Shown here piece by piece: positions 10,993-21,541 of a stretch of 64,000 nt of DNA (position 1 is the stretch's first letter; each line of letters opens with the position of its first letter). The notes under the pieces are model-generated. The model made no database searches and had not been told where the DNA came from. It saw only the letters and a list, made by a program, of their open reading frames with translations. The stretch is from a bacterium (GTDB taxonomy: Bacteria; JAHJDO01). Position numbers and translations under genes: made by a program. The stretch is from assembly GCA_043824255.1 (NCBI GenBank), contig JBDRTG010000027.1, positions 89,670 through 153,669 on the forward strand. Reading direction: 5' to 3'.

Positions 10993-11772
10993 GTGTATGA
11001 AGTAAGAACATACCAACGATTAGTAAGAGAGGATGACTTAGTAATAACTAAAGTAATTGCTAAGGAAACAGAACTATTTATTAAAGCATGTGTGGATTTA
11101 GAAGAGGAGGCTTTGAATTCTCTCTTAAAATATCGTAAATACATAGAGGATTATATAAATCAGGATCCTTTATTTGAGACAGCATTGTCCTCTTATTCTC
11201 TAAATGATGATGCTCCTGAGATAGTAAAAGAAATGGCTGTACAGGCAAGCAAGGTTAATGTTGGACCTATGGCATCGGTTGCTGGTGCAATTGCAGAATA
11301 TGTGGGAAAGGATCTTGCTGAATTTAGCGACGAGCTTATCATAGAGAATGGCGGCGATGTGTATATGAATAGTAAAAAAGCGAGAGATGTTTGCATTTTT
11401 GCCGGAGACTCTATTTTTAGTGAAGATATAAAAATTAAAATAAAATCTCAACACATGCCAATAGGCGTCTGCACATCAAGTGGCTCAGTAGGACATTCTA
11501 TGAGTTTTGGAGCTGCAGATGCAGTTACTGTTTTATCTAAGTCAGCTGTCTTTGCAGATGCGGCAGCTACGGCTATAGCAAATATGGTAGAAACAGAGGA
11601 AGATGTGGAAAGCATATTGAATTTTTCAAAAAAAATCCACAATCTTAACGGAGTAATTATCATAAAAAATAATACTCTAGGGGCATGGGGAGATTTTTGT
11701 ATTGAAAGGAGGGGAGGAATAAAGTGCCAAAAGTCAGGGTGCGGAAAGATGAACCGATTGATAAAGCACTGA
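10993..11772 (+). CDS. UPF0280 / ApbE-like family protein
   Basis: GPMASVAGAIAE, IENGGDV, GVCTSSGSVGHSMSFGAADAV, ADAAATA. Confidence 0.85.
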   Translation: MYEVRTYQRLVREDDLVITKVIAKETELFIKACVDLEEEALNSLLKYRKYIEDYINQDPLFETALSSYSLNDDAPEIVKEMAVQASKVNVGPMASVAGAIAEYVGKDLAEFSDELIIENGGDVYMNSKKARDVCIFAGDSIFSEDIKIKIKSQHMPIGVCTSSGSVGHSMSFGAADAVTVLSKSAVFADAAATAIANMVETEEDVESILNFSKKIHNLNGVIIIKNNTLGAWGDFCIERRGGIKCQKSGCGKMNRLIKH

Positions 11773-11921
11773 GGCGGCTAAAAAGAAAGATGGATAAGGA
11801 GGGTATAATAAGACAGATAAGACAGCTTGAACATTTCGAAAAACCGTCTCAAAAGAAGCGAAGAAAAATGCTCAAAGCGAAGAAAGACGCCTACAATAGA
11901 AACAGGAATAAGGATAAGTAA
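11724..11921 (+). CDS. rpsU: 30S ribosomal protein bS21
   Basis: MPKVRVRKDEPIDKALRRLKRK...HFEKPSQKKRRK; GGAGG RBS before GTG. Confidence 0.95.
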   Translation: MPKVRVRKDEPIDKALRRLKRKMDKEGIIRQIRQLEHFEKPSQKKRRKMLKAKKDAYNRNRNKDK

Positions 11922-12607
11922 TGGGACTGTTTTTTCTTATTATTACCATAGCGTTGATCTTCTTGGTATGGGAGATTGCGTCAGTTGCCCTTTCAATTAC
12001 AGGGCTGGCGCATGACAAAGCTCGCTTTCAGGCTCTTTCTGCTTTAACAGGAACAGGTTTTACAACAAGAGATTCAGAGCTTATAATTAGTCATCGTCAG
12101 CGGCGGGCAATTGTCATGGCATTAATGATTCTTGGGAATATTGGTATTATACTGATTCTTTCAAATATTATTGTTTCCAAGACTACAGTGTATTTATTTC
12201 TAAAACTGGGCATTCTTTCTGTATTGCTGTTCCTCTTATATAAGATTGCTTCTCATAAAGGATTAATGCGTAAGTTAAAGGGAAAGATAGAAGAGAGATT
12301 ACTTAAGAGTTCTGTGTTTGATAAGAAAGCAATAGAAGAAATTCTTAATCTAGCTCAGGGATATGGCGTTGTAGAGTTAAATCTGAAAGAAAATTTTCCT
12401 TATATTGGGCGTACGCTTGCAGAGTCGCCTTTAAGAGAAAAGGACATATTAGTATTAGCAATAAATAGGGATCAGATAACCATTCCTGCGCCAAAAGGCC
12501 AGAGGAAAATGCAGATAGGTGATACATTGATTTGTTATGGTAAATTAGCTAGCATGAAAAAATTGATTAGTCAACAAAAGTCAAAAAGAGGGGCAAAAGT
12601 TGAATAA
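11921..12607 (+). CDS. Membrane protein with K+-channel-like pore segment and C-terminal TrkA-C (RCK-C) domain
   Basis: ARFQALSALTGTGFTTRDSE, TM helices, GRTLAES.LR...ILVLAINR...P......GDTLICYG. Confidence 0.85.
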   Translation: MGLFFLIITIALIFLVWEIASVALSITGLAHDKARFQALSALTGTGFTTRDSELIISHRQRRAIVMALMILGNIGIILILSNIIVSKTTVYLFLKLGILSVLLFLLYKIASHKGLMRKLKGKIEERLLKSSVFDKKAIEEILNLAQGYGVVELNLKENFPYIGRTLAESPLREKDILVLAINRDQITIPAPKGQRKMQIGDTLICYGKLASMKKLISQQKSKRGAKVE

Positions 12608-13805
12608 GTTGGATTTAATAAAAGATTTGTCAATTACTAATAATACAAGGATAGTTCTGTTAGTTCTTGACGGACTTGGAGGGCTGGGTTTAGAAGCAGG
12701 AGGAAAGACAGAGCTGGAAACGGCAAATACTCCTAATCTTGATTTACTTGCAGAATCAGCTGCTTTAGGAATGACTGATCCTATAATGGCTGGAATAACT
12801 CCTGGAAGCGGGCCTGCGCATCTGGCGCTTTTTGGATATGATCCGATCAAATATGCAATAGGCAGAGGAGCTCTTGGAGCTGCAGGGATAGGATTTAATA
12901 TGCAAGAAAATGACTTAGCAGCTAGAATTAACTTTGCTACAGTTGATAATAATGGATTGATAACAGATCGCAGAGCTGGCCGTATTACAACAGATGAAAG
13001 CTCTCAGTTATGCGATCTGTTGGATAAAATAGAAATCAGCAATGTTAAGATATTTGTGAAACCAGTAAAAGAGCATCGTGCAGTAGTAATATTCAGGGGA
13101 TCTGGTTTATCAGATAAACTTTCAGATTCTGATCCTCAGAAAACAGGTGTGCAGCCCAAAGAGGTAGTTGCGTTAGATAAGGGTGCTAAAACTACTGCTA
13201 TTTTGATGAACAAATTTATTCATAAAACGCAAAATATATTGGCTGATAAACATCCGTCAAACACAATATTATTGAGAGGTTTTGCAAGAAGACCAGGATT
13301 GCCGCAAATGAAGGATGTATATAAGTTGAACGCTGCTGCTATTGCAGGTTATCCTATGTATAAAGGGTTGGCTCAGTTTGTTGGTATGGAGATACTTCAG
13401 ACAGGAGACAGCATCCGGGAGGAATTTGAGACTTTAAGAACTAATTTTAGCAGGTTTGATTTCTTCTTTATCCATGTAAAGGCAACTGATAGTTCAGGAG
13501 AGGATGGTAATTTTGATAAAAAGGTGAAGGTTATTGAAGAGGTTGACAAAAATTTAGCGCTTGTTACTGATCTTAAACCTGACGTTATGGTTATAACAGG
13601 CGATCATTCTACGCCTGCTTCCCTAAAATCACATAGCTGGCATTCTGTCCCTTTTTTATTGTATTCAAAATACTGCAGACCTGATGACGTGAAGCATTTT
13701 GGGGAAACAAGTTGTTTAAAAGGAGCTCTTGGCAGGTTTCCAGCTCTTGATATAATGCCTCTAATGATGGCTAATTCATTAAGATTAACAAAATACGGAG
13801 CATAG
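12600..13805 (+). CDS. apgM: 2,3-bisphosphoglycerate-independent phosphoglycerate mutase (archaeal ApgM type)
   Basis: LLVLDGLGG, TELETANTPNLD, PGSGPAHLALFGYDP, DRRAGRI, TGDHSTP, HSWH. Confidence 0.92.
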   Translation: MNKLDLIKDLSITNNTRIVLLVLDGLGGLGLEAGGKTELETANTPNLDLLAESAALGMTDPIMAGITPGSGPAHLALFGYDPIKYAIGRGALGAAGIGFNMQENDLAARINFATVDNNGLITDRRAGRITTDESSQLCDLLDKIEISNVKIFVKPVKEHRAVVIFRGSGLSDKLSDSDPQKTGVQPKEVVALDKGAKTTAILMNKFIHKTQNILADKHPSNTILLRGFARRPGLPQMKDVYKLNAAAIAGYPMYKGLAQFVGMEILQTGDSIREEFETLRTNFSRFDFFFIHVKATDSSGEDGNFDKKVKVIEEVDKNLALVTDLKPDVMVITGDHSTPASLKSHSWHSVPFLLYSKYCRPDDVKHFGETSCLKGALGRFPALDIMPLMMANSLRLTKYGA

Positions 13806-13808
13806 GAT

Positions 13809-14762
13809 ATGAAGATTTTAATTACAGGAATTACTGGTTTTGTAGGCAGCCATCTTGCTGATTATGCATTAGCAAAGGAGAATGTTGAAGTATATGGAAC
13901 TATAAGATGGCGTAGTAAAACAGAGAACATTGAGCATGCAAAGGACAAGCTCCATTTAGTTCACTGTAATATTAATGATGCATCATCTGTAAATGATTTA
14001 ATTGTAGATATAAAACCTGACAAAGTATTTCATCTGGCTGCGCAAAGTTTTGTACCTACTTCATGGAACAGCCCTGCAGAAACTCTGAGTTCAAATATTA
14101 TTGGCGAATTGAATATATTTGAAGCTATTAGAAGGGCAAAGATTAATCCATGGATGCAGATTGCAGGTTCTTCAGAAGAATATGGAATGGTTTATCCTGA
14201 AGAGACTCCTATTAAAGAGACGAATCCATTGAGACCGCTGAGCCCTTATGGAGTAAGTAAGGTTGGGCAGGATCTTCTAGCTTACCAGTACTATATGAGT
14301 TATAAACTTAATGTTGTAAGAACCAGAGCTTTTAATCACACAGGACCGAGAAGGGGAGATGTTTTTGTTTGTTCGGAGTTTGCAAAGCGGATAGCAGAAA
14401 TAGAAAAAGGGAAAAGAGAACCTGTGATCCTTGTTGGGAATCTTGATGCTCAGCGAGATTTTACAGATGTTAGAGATATAGTTAAAGCCTACTGGCTTGC
14501 ACTGGAGAAATGCGAGCCAGGAGAGGTCTATAATATTTGCACGGGTAAATCCTACCAGATTAGTGAAGTTCTGGATTTGTTAATTAGCATGGCAAAGGTT
14601 AAAATAAAAGCAAAAAAAGATCCAGCAAAAATGAGACCTTCAGATGTTCCATATCTTGGCGGAGACAACTCTAAGTTTAGAAACGTAACCGGATGGAAGC
14701 CAGAGATTCCTTTTGAGAGAACATTGAAAGACCTGTTGAATTACTGGCGAGAGAAGGTTTGA
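13809..14762 (+). CDS. GDP-mannose 4,6-dehydratase / GDP-4-keto-6-deoxymannose reductase family extended SDR
   Basis: TGITGFVGSHL, HLAAQSFV, SSEEYG, SPYGVSK (YxxxK), RAFNHTGPRR, RDFTDVRD. Confidence 0.88.
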   Translation: MKILITGITGFVGSHLADYALAKENVEVYGTIRWRSKTENIEHAKDKLHLVHCNINDASSVNDLIVDIKPDKVFHLAAQSFVPTSWNSPAETLSSNIIGELNIFEAIRRAKINPWMQIAGSSEEYGMVYPEETPIKETNPLRPLSPYGVSKVGQDLLAYQYYMSYKLNVVRTRAFNHTGPRRGDVFVCSEFAKRIAEIEKGKREPVILVGNLDAQRDFTDVRDIVKAYWLALEKCEPGEVYNICTGKSYQISEVLDLLISMAKVKIKAKKDPAKMRPSDVPYLGGDNSKFRNVTGWKPEIPFERTLKDLLNYWREKV

Positions 14763-14777
14763 TAATTGGTATACTAA

Positions 14778-15548
14778 GTGAGTATCCAAACCACAGAGGC
14801 AGTTGTTCTTAGAAGTACAAATTTCGCAGAGTCCAGCAAAATCGTTACATTCTATTCCCCTCAATTCGGAAATATAAAGGGCATTGCAAAGGGTGCCAGA
14901 AGCGCAAAAAACAAGTTTGGCAGCAGCTTGGAGATATTTAGTCACGTTATTTTGGTATTTTATCAGAAGAAAACAGATATTCAGCTTATTAGTCAATGCG
15001 ATCTGGAAAATGCATTTTTAAATATACGCAATGATATAGTTAAGATAGGTTATGCGTCTTATTTTGTAGAACTTATCAATAAAACTACTGAAGGGGCTCA
15101 AGAAAGCGAGCAGATTTTTAGCTTAATTCTTAATGCCTTAATTACATTAGAAACCACTAATGTAGAGCTGGAAGTTCTTGCGCATTTTTTTGAAATCAGG
15201 CTTTTAAAAATGCTCGGATGTATACCTGTTTTTGATAGGTGCGTGAATTGCGGAGCAAAGATAGTCAACGGAAAATTCAGCTGCAGACTTGGAGGTATTC
15301 TTAATAATGAGTGCTGGGGAGCAGATGAAAGCGCTCCTCGTATATCTTTGGGCACTATACTGACTATACAGCATTTACAGATATCGAATTTTTCAAATCT
15401 TTCCCGTTTAAAACTCAATAAATTATCTAGCAAAGAGCTTAAACTAGTGCTAGAATCCTATATAAAATATACATTGGTTAAGGACATAAAATCACTAAAA
15501 TTTTTAGAGGAGATTAGTGACATTTCAGGAAATCATATCAGCACTTAG
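14778..15548 (+). CDS. recO: DNA repair protein RecO
   Basis: [25 protein letters not shown]-terminal CxxC region; upstream of glyQ. Confidence 0.93.
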   Translation: MSIQTTEAVVLRSTNFAESSKIVTFYSPQFGNIKGIAKGARSAKNKFGSSLEIFSHVILVFYQKKTDIQLISQCDLENAFLNIRNDIVKIGYASYFVELINKTTEGAQESEQIFSLILNALITLETTNVELEVLAHFFEIRLLKMLGCIPVFDRCVNCGAKIVNGKFSCRLGGILNNECWGADESAPRISLGTILTIQHLQISNFSNLSRLKLNKLSSKELKLVLESYIKYTLVKDIKSLKFLEEISDISGNHIST

Positions 15549-16356
15549 TGAATATTGGGCAAAACAGGGTTGTGTAATTGCTCAGCCTTATGATGTTGAA
15601 GTTGGGGCAGGGACATTCTGTCCTCATACCTTTTTGAGAGTGCTTGATGGAAAACCATGGAAGACTGCCTATGTCCAGCCGTCCAGAAGACCGACAGACG
15701 GCAGGTATGGCGAAAATCCAAACAGACTTGGTCGCTATTATCAATATCAGGTAATACTGAAACCTTCTCCAGATAATGTGCAGGACATATATCTGGACAG
15801 CCTTAAAGAGCTTGGAATAAATCTTTCCAAACACGATATAAGATTTGTTGAAGATGACTGGGAATCCCCAACACTTGGCGCAACGGGGCTCGGCTGGGAA
15901 GTTTGGCTTGACGGCATGGAAATAACACAGTTCACGTATTTTCAGCAGGTTGGAGGAGTTGAGTTAGCTCCTATATCAGTTGAGCTAACTTATGGCCTGG
16001 AGCGGATTGCGATGTATCTTCAGGGAAAAGACAATGTCTTTGATATCCAGTGGACAAATGAGTTTAAATATGGAGATGTTTATAAGGATAATGAAAGAGA
16101 GTTTTCTATATATAACTTTGAGAAGGCTGATACAAAAATGCAGTTTAAACTCTTCAATATGTATGAAAAAGAAGCAAAAAGGTTGATAGAGGAAGAACTA
16201 GTTCTCCCAGCGTATGATTATACATTGAAATGCTCTCACACCTTTAATATTCTGGATGCAAGAGGAGTTGTAGGTGTAGCAGAAAGGGCAGAATTTATAC
16301 AAAGAGTGAGAAAGCTAGCTTGTATGTGCGCAAAGACTTATCTGGGAAAAGAATGA
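15517..16356 (+). CDS. glyQ: Glycine--tRNA ligase alpha subunit
   Basis: [54 protein letters not shown]. Confidence 0.98.
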   Translation: MTFQEIISALSEYWAKQGCVIAQPYDVEVGAGTFCPHTFLRVLDGKPWKTAYVQPSRRPTDGRYGENPNRLGRYYQYQVILKPSPDNVQDIYLDSLKELGINLSKHDIRFVEDDWESPTLGATGLGWEVWLDGMEITQFTYFQQVGGVELAPISVELTYGLERIAMYLQGKDNVFDIQWTNEFKYGDVYKDNEREFSIYNFEKADTKMQFKLFNMYEKEAKRLIEEELVLPAYDYTLKCSHTFNILDARGVVGVAERAEFIQRVRKLACMCAKTYLGKE

Positions 16357-18452
16357 AGAATTTATTGTTTGAGATAGGGGTAGAGGAATTACCTGCTTCA
16401 TATGTTAGTTCAGCAAGAGATGATATTAAGAGAATTGCCTCTGAGAAGTTAAAGGAGATAGGACTAAAATCTTTAGAACCACGTTGCTTCGGCACTCCCA
16501 GAAGACTTGTTCTTTTCATTGAAGACCTAAGTGAAAAGCAGGGAGATAAGGAGATAGCGGTTCAGGGTCCGCCGCATGATAAGGCATTTGATGAAGATAA
16601 TAAACCAACTGCAGCTGCAATTGGCTTCGCCAAAAAATTTGGTCTAGATGTCAATGCTTTAAAAGTAGAAGAGAGAAAATCAGGAAAATATATTTTTGCA
16701 AAGAAAATTGAGAAGGGGAAACCAACTAATGAACTGCTCAAGGAGCTGCTTCCAAACCTGATAAAAAGTATACCCTTTCCAAAGACTATGAGATGGGATG
16801 ATTCAGGTGTCAGGTTTGCGAGGCCAATAAGGTGGTTGATATGTTTGTATGGGGATGAAGTGATTCCTGTTAAATTCGGGAAACTTGAGGCAGGCAATAT
16901 AACTTATGGACATCGTTTTCTTGCGCCTGAGGCAATAAAGATTAAAAGCGCAGATATTGATGAATACAAAAAAAGTTTGAAGCATGCTTTTGTTATTGTT
17001 GATCAGAATGAAAGAAAGAAGAAAATAGAAGAAGATTTAAACAAAATACTAAAGAAATATAATCCTGCTTTTTTTGTGCCACCTGATGAAGAGCTTTTGG
17101 AAATAGTAACTGATCTGGTTGAATATCCAAATGTTCTGAAAGGCACTTTTCCTGAAGAGTTCTTAAAGGTTCCTGATATTGTGCTTGAGGCGGCAATGAA
17201 ATCTCATCAAAAATATTTCCCTGTTATTAAGGGAAAACAACTTGAACTTACTAACAAGTTTGTTTTTGTCTCTAATATGAAAGGCAATGAAGAACAAATC
17301 ATAGAGGGGAATGAGAGAGTGCTTAACGCAAGACTTGCCGATGCTAAATTCTTCTGGGATGAGGATAAAAAAACAAGTTTGGAAGAACGCGCAAAACAGA
17401 TAATGAGCGCAAGAAATGCGCATCAGTTCGGAACCTTGCCAAAAAGAATCAGAGCAATAGAAAGATTAGCAAAGGTAGTAAATAAAAATGTAGGTGTAGA
17501 CCCAAAGATACTTAAGCGAATATGCAGGTTATGCAAAGCAGATCTGGGCACTCATATGGTTGATGAATTTCCAGAACTTCAGGGAAGAATAGGCGGAGAG
17601 CATGCGAAAGAGAACGGAGAGGATAAAAGAGTTGTTGGTGGAATTTCGTATCATTATTATCCTCGATTTGCAGATGATAAGCCTCCAGCGTGCAAGGAAG
17701 CTGATGTTGTTTCTATATCTGATAAGATGAATGCGATTGTATCTCATGTTATTGAGAATGAGAACGCAATAACAGGCTCGGGCGATAAATTCGCATTAAG
17801 AAGGCAGGCAATAGGAATTCTTAGAATAATTCTTGAAAGAGAATATGACATTGATCTGGAGAATATAATTGGCGAGTGTATAAAACTTTATAAAATCAGT
17901 GAAGATGGACATGAGAGGGTTTTTCGCATGGTCGTTGATTTCTTCAAACAAAGATTAAAAAACATTCTTATAAGTTGGCATTTTCACAGATATGATTTTG
18001 TTGATGCTGTGCTTAATACTCATGGTTTTAAACCGGCAGAACAGGATAAAATTCTGTACGCACTTTCTGGACCAAGTAAAAATGATTTTGAATCAATAAC
18101 AACCTCTTTTAAGCGTATTTCCAATATTCTGAAACAGGCAAGAGAAAGAGGGATAGAGTTTATTTATTTTAACAAGAGAAAACTTGTTGAACCTGAAGAA
18201 AAGGCACTTGCTAAAAAGTTTTTAGATATCAGTAAAAGCGTAAACAAATTAATAAAGAAAAAAGAGTATACTAAGGCATTTAATCAGATTATAAGTCTGA
18301 GAAAACCTCTGGACGATTTTTTTGACAAGGTTATGGTAATGGATGAAAATCATGTCTTGAGAAACAACCGCCTTGCATTCCTGCAGGAAATAGAGAGCAT
18401 GTTTTCACAGCTTGCCAATTTCTCGTATGTCGTAACAGAAAAAAACAAGTAA
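16353..18452 (+). CDS. glyS: Glycine--tRNA ligase beta subunit
   Basis: [19 protein letters not shown]...FARPIRW, HQKYFP, GNERVL.ARLADA.FF, EFPELQG, C-terminal DALR-type FFDKVMVM...NRLA; ATG 16353 overlaps glyQ stop. Confidence 0.96.
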   Translation: MKNLLFEIGVEELPASYVSSARDDIKRIASEKLKEIGLKSLEPRCFGTPRRLVLFIEDLSEKQGDKEIAVQGPPHDKAFDEDNKPTAAAIGFAKKFGLDVNALKVEERKSGKYIFAKKIEKGKPTNELLKELLPNLIKSIPFPKTMRWDDSGVRFARPIRWLICLYGDEVIPVKFGKLEAGNITYGHRFLAPEAIKIKSADIDEYKKSLKHAFVIVDQNERKKKIEEDLNKILKKYNPAFFVPPDEELLEIVTDLVEYPNVLKGTFPEEFLKVPDIVLEAAMKSHQKYFPVIKGKQLELTNKFVFVSNMKGNEEQIIEGNERVLNARLADAKFFWDEDKKTSLEERAKQIMSARNAHQFGTLPKRIRAIERLAKVVNKNVGVDPKILKRICRLCKADLGTHMVDEFPELQGRIGGEHAKENGEDKRVVGGISYHYYPRFADDKPPACKEADVVSISDKMNAIVSHVIENENAITGSGDKFALRRQAIGILRIILEREYDIDLENIIGECIKLYKISEDGHERVFRMVVDFFKQRLKNILISWHFHRYDFVDAVLNTHGFKPAEQDKILYALSGPSKNDFESITTSFKRISNILKQARERGIEFIYFNKRKLVEPEEKALAKKFLDISKSVNKLIKKKEYTKAFNQIISLRKPLDDFFDKVMVMDENHVLRNNRLAFLQEIESMFSQLANFSYVVTEKNK

Positions 18453-18462
18453 AAGAAGAGTT

Positions 18463-18524
18463 GGGGCAGTAGCTCAGTTGGGAGAGCATCACGTTCGCAA
18501 CGTGGGGGGTCGGGGGGCAAAATC
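18463..18524 (+). pseudogene. 3'-truncated/degenerate tRNA-Ala(CGC)-like element forming the rtcB leader
   Basis: GGGGCAG TA GCTC AGTTGGGA GAGC A TCACG TT CGC AA CGTGG: intact 5' acceptor strand, D arm and anticodon arm (CGC at 18496-18498); then GGGGTC GGGGGG CAAAATC ATG, with no TTCGA T-loop, no 3' T-stem and no 3' acceptor strand. Confidence 0.85.
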
Positions 18525-19688
18525 ATGGAATGGATAAATTCTAATTACAGGCTTCCAATCAAATCGTGGTGCAAGGATGTTGAAAAGGAAGCAATGGCTC
18601 AAGCAGTGAATCTTTCAGAACATCCCAGAACTTTTCATCACGTTGCCTTAATGCCGGACTGTCATATGGGGTATGGCATGCCTATTGGAGGCGTGATTGC
18701 TTGCAAGGATTCTGTTATCCCAAATGCTGTTGGAGTTGATATTGGCTGCGGTATGTGTGCTGTTAAGACTACATATGATACTGCTGAAGTTTCAGAGCGA
18801 GTAGTAAAAGACATTATTTATAAGCTGAAAGGTATAATACCTGTTGGTTTTGCGCATCATAAAAAAGGACAAAGCTGGCCGGGTTTTGATAAGGCTCCGG
18901 ATATGCCTGTTATTCAAAGGGAATTAGATTCTGCAAGAAGGCAGCTTGGTACTCTTGGTGGAGGCAATCACTTCATAGAGATTCAATCTGGTTCAGACGG
19001 ATTCGTTTGGCTGATGCTTCATTCCGGCAGTAGAAATTTTGGTTACAAAATAGCAAAAGAGTACAATGCGATTGCTCAGAGGATTTGCAATAGGGAACAC
19101 TTCAATGGGCAGAAGGATCTTTCATTTCTGTCTATGGGCACAAAGGATGCTGAAGAATACGTTGAGGCTATGAAATACGCCCTTGCATTTGCACAGGAAA
19201 ACCGAAGATTAATGATGACACATTTTAAAGTAGCAGCCAGGGAAGTTCTTCATTGTGAGTTTGACAGGGAAATAAATATCCATCATAATTTTGCAGCTCT
19301 GGAGAATCATTTTGGAAGAAGTGTGTGGATTCACAGAAAAGGCGCTACTCAGGCGAAAAAAGGGCAGATGGGAATCATCCCGGGCTCTATGGGAACAACG
19401 TCGTACATTGTAAGAGGATTAGGCAATCCTGAAAGTTTTATGTCATGTTCGCATGGAGCAGGTCGGTGTATGAGCAGGACAAAGTTTAATAAAATCCACT
19501 CTGTTGAAGAATGCAATAAGGCTATGTATGGTATTGTTTACGCTCAGTGGAGCAAGGACAGAAGGGGAAATGTTGATTTGAGCGAAGCGCCGCAGGCATA
19601 TAAGGATATTGACACAGTTATTGAAAGTCAGAGTGATTTGGTTGAAGTTATTATTAGACTCAGGCCATTGGGAGTAATAAAGGGTTGA
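18525..19688 (+). CDS. rtcB: RNA-splicing/repair ligase RtcB
   Basis: MPDCH.GYGMPIGG, VGVDIGCGM, LGTLGGGNHFIE, HSGSR, HHNF, HRKGAT, PGSMG, SCSHGAGR, EAPQAYK. Confidence 0.96.
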   Translation: MEWINSNYRLPIKSWCKDVEKEAMAQAVNLSEHPRTFHHVALMPDCHMGYGMPIGGVIACKDSVIPNAVGVDIGCGMCAVKTTYDTAEVSERVVKDIIYKLKGIIPVGFAHHKKGQSWPGFDKAPDMPVIQRELDSARRQLGTLGGGNHFIEIQSGSDGFVWLMLHSGSRNFGYKIAKEYNAIAQRICNREHFNGQKDLSFLSMGTKDAEEYVEAMKYALAFAQENRRLMMTHFKVAAREVLHCEFDREINIHHNFAALENHFGRSVWIHRKGATQAKKGQMGIIPGSMGTTSYIVRGLGNPESFMSCSHGAGRCMSRTKFNKIHSVEECNKAMYGIVYAQWSKDRRGNVDLSEAPQAYKDIDTVIESQSDLVEVIIRLRPLGVIKG

Positions 19689-19957
19689 TACGTTTACATG
19701 TATTTTTTTCAGGGACAGTTCAAGGAGTAGGATTCAGATTTATTACAAGAAGGATTGCGCAGCAGTATGAAGTTACAGGCTTTGTCAAAAATCTTCCAAA
19801 TGGAGATGTAGAGGTGTTGTCAGAAGGTGATAGAGAAGTCGTTGAAAGCTTCATAAACGCTATATACAGCAGCTCTCTCTGCGATTATATAAGAAGCACA
19901 GAAAAGGAATGGCAACCTGCAACAGGAGAATATAAAGAATTTGAAATTAGATTTTAG
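19685..19957 (+). CDS. acyP: Acylphosphatase
   Basis: GTVQGVGFR, GFVKNLPNGDVE, C-terminal FEIRF. Confidence 0.93.
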   Translation: MIRLHVFFSGTVQGVGFRFITRRIAQQYEVTGFVKNLPNGDVEVLSEGDREVVESFINAIYSSSLCDYIRSTEKEWQPATGEYKEFEIRF

Positions 19958-19968
19958 GGAGGATTTAG

Positions 19969-20550
19969 GTGACTGACAATATATATTCACGTAGGGCGGT
20001 TTTTTTAGATAGAGACGGAACAATTAATACAGAGGTTGATTATTTAAAGAGTGTGAAGGAGTTAATGCTCATCAAAAATACTGCAAAAGCTATCCGGATT
20101 TTAAATCAGAACCAGATTAAAGTTATTATTGTTACCAACCAGTCAGGCATTAGCCGAGGTCTATTCTCTATAGACGATTTAGATAATGTGCATAATGAAT
20201 TAAAGAGGAGATTGCGTAGGAATGGTGCTTATATAGACGCAATATACTATTGCCCACACCATCCTGATGAGGAATGCTCTTGTAGAAAACCTAAAAAGGG
20301 GATGTTCAAACTAGCTGCAAAGGATTTTGATTTAAAACTCAATAAATGTTATATTATAGGAGATAAATTAACAGATATTAGGGCTGCCTATAATATATCT
20401 GCAACGGGAATATTGGTTAGGACAGGTTATGGAAAATCAGAGCAAAATAAGCTAAAAGAGGTTGGTGTTATGCCAGAACATATTGCAGAGAACTTATATG
20501 AAGCAGTAAAATGGATAATAAAAAATCTAAACAGAGAAAAAAATGAGTGA
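19969..20550 (+). CDS. gmhB: D-glycero-beta-D-manno-heptose 1,7-bisphosphate 7-phosphatase
   Basis: AVFLDRDGTIN, VTNQSGI, CPHHP...CSCRKPK.GM, IGDK.TDI. Confidence 0.93.
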   Translation: MTDNIYSRRAVFLDRDGTINTEVDYLKSVKELMLIKNTAKAIRILNQNQIKVIIVTNQSGISRGLFSIDDLDNVHNELKRRLRRNGAYIDAIYYCPHHPDEECSCRKPKKGMFKLAAKDFDLKLNKCYIIGDKLTDIRAAYNISATGILVRTGYGKSEQNKLKEVGVMPEHIAENLYEAVKWIIKNLNREKNE

Positions 20551-21541
20551 TTTAGCAGGTATTACTAAAAAGTTCAGCGGTAAAAGAGTACTTAGCATTG
20601 GGGATATGATATGTGACGAATATATATATGGGGAGGTCTCTCGCATATCAAGGGAAGCACCTGTATTGATTTTAAAGTTTGATTCAAACATGTTCAGGGT
20701 CGGAGGAGCAGCAAACGCAATATCAAACCTAAAAGCGTTAGGTGCAAGAGTATATCCCGTTGGTGTGATAGGGAATGATAATGCTGGAGAAGAGGTTATT
20801 TCCTTTCTCGGGAAAATGAGGGTGGACACAGATGGAATTATTATTGATAAGGGCTGTTCAACAATTACAAAAACACGGATTATGGCAGGTAGTTACCATA
20901 CAACAAAGCAGCAGGTTATACGAATAGATAAAGAAAAGAATTTTCGCATAAGTTCAATTAGCGAAACAAAAATGCTTACTTATCTTGATGAAGTATTAGA
21001 TGCCATGGACGCTGTGCTTATTTCGGATTATGGATATAAGACTATCTCAAAAGCAGTGTATTCTGCAATATCTAAGTATGCAAGAGAGAAGAAACTTGTT
21101 CTGGTTGTTGATTCCAGGTATGGATTACTCAACTATAAGTATGCAACAGCAGTAACACCGAATGAGACAGAGGTTGAAAATATTTTTCATTGCAGCATTA
21201 ATGGGAAAAAATCCCTGTGCAGCATAGCAGAGAGGCTTAAATCCGAGATAGAGTGCGGGAATGCAATCATAACGCGCGGCAGTAAAGGCATAATGGTATT
21301 AGACGAACACAGTAAAAGTACATTTATACCGATACACGGGACCACAGATGTGGTTGATGTTACTGGCGCAGGGGATACGGTTTCTGCTGTAGTAACTCTG
21401 GCTCTTTCAGCAGGAGCAAGCGCAATTGAGGCTGCAAGGCTGGCAAACTATGCTGGCAGTATTGTTGTTATGAAAACAGGCGCAGCTACAGCCACACAAA
21501 AAGAGTTGATTGATGTTGTAAAACACGCAAAAAAAACATGA
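20543..21541 (+). CDS. rfaE1: Heptose-7-phosphate kinase (HldE/RfaE domain I, PfkB family)
   Basis: GDMICDEYIYGEVSRISREAPV, GGAANA, TKTRI, SDYG, TPNETE, DVTGAGDT. Confidence 0.9.
   Translation: MSDLAGITKKFSGKRVLSIGDMICDEYIYGEVSRISREAPVLILKFDSNMFRVGGAANAISNLKALGARVYPVGVIGNDNAGEEVISFLGKMRVDTDGIIIDKGCSTITKTRIMAGSYHTTKQQVIRIDKEKNFRISSISETKMLTYLDEVLDAMDAVLISDYGYKTISKAVYSAISKYAREKKLVLVVDSRYGLLNYKYATAVTPNETEVENIFHCSINGKKSLCSIAERLKSEIECGNAIITRGSKGIMVLDEHSKSTFIPIHGTTDVVDVTGAGDTVSAVVTLALSAGASAIEAARLANYAGSIVVMKTGAATATQKELIDVVKHAKKT

Noticed and set aside
18463..18540. Functional tRNA-Ala(CGC), or an attL site with matching attR
   Set aside because: T-loop, 3' acceptor strand and CCA are missing; I found no downstream duplicate of the tRNA 3' end and no integrase
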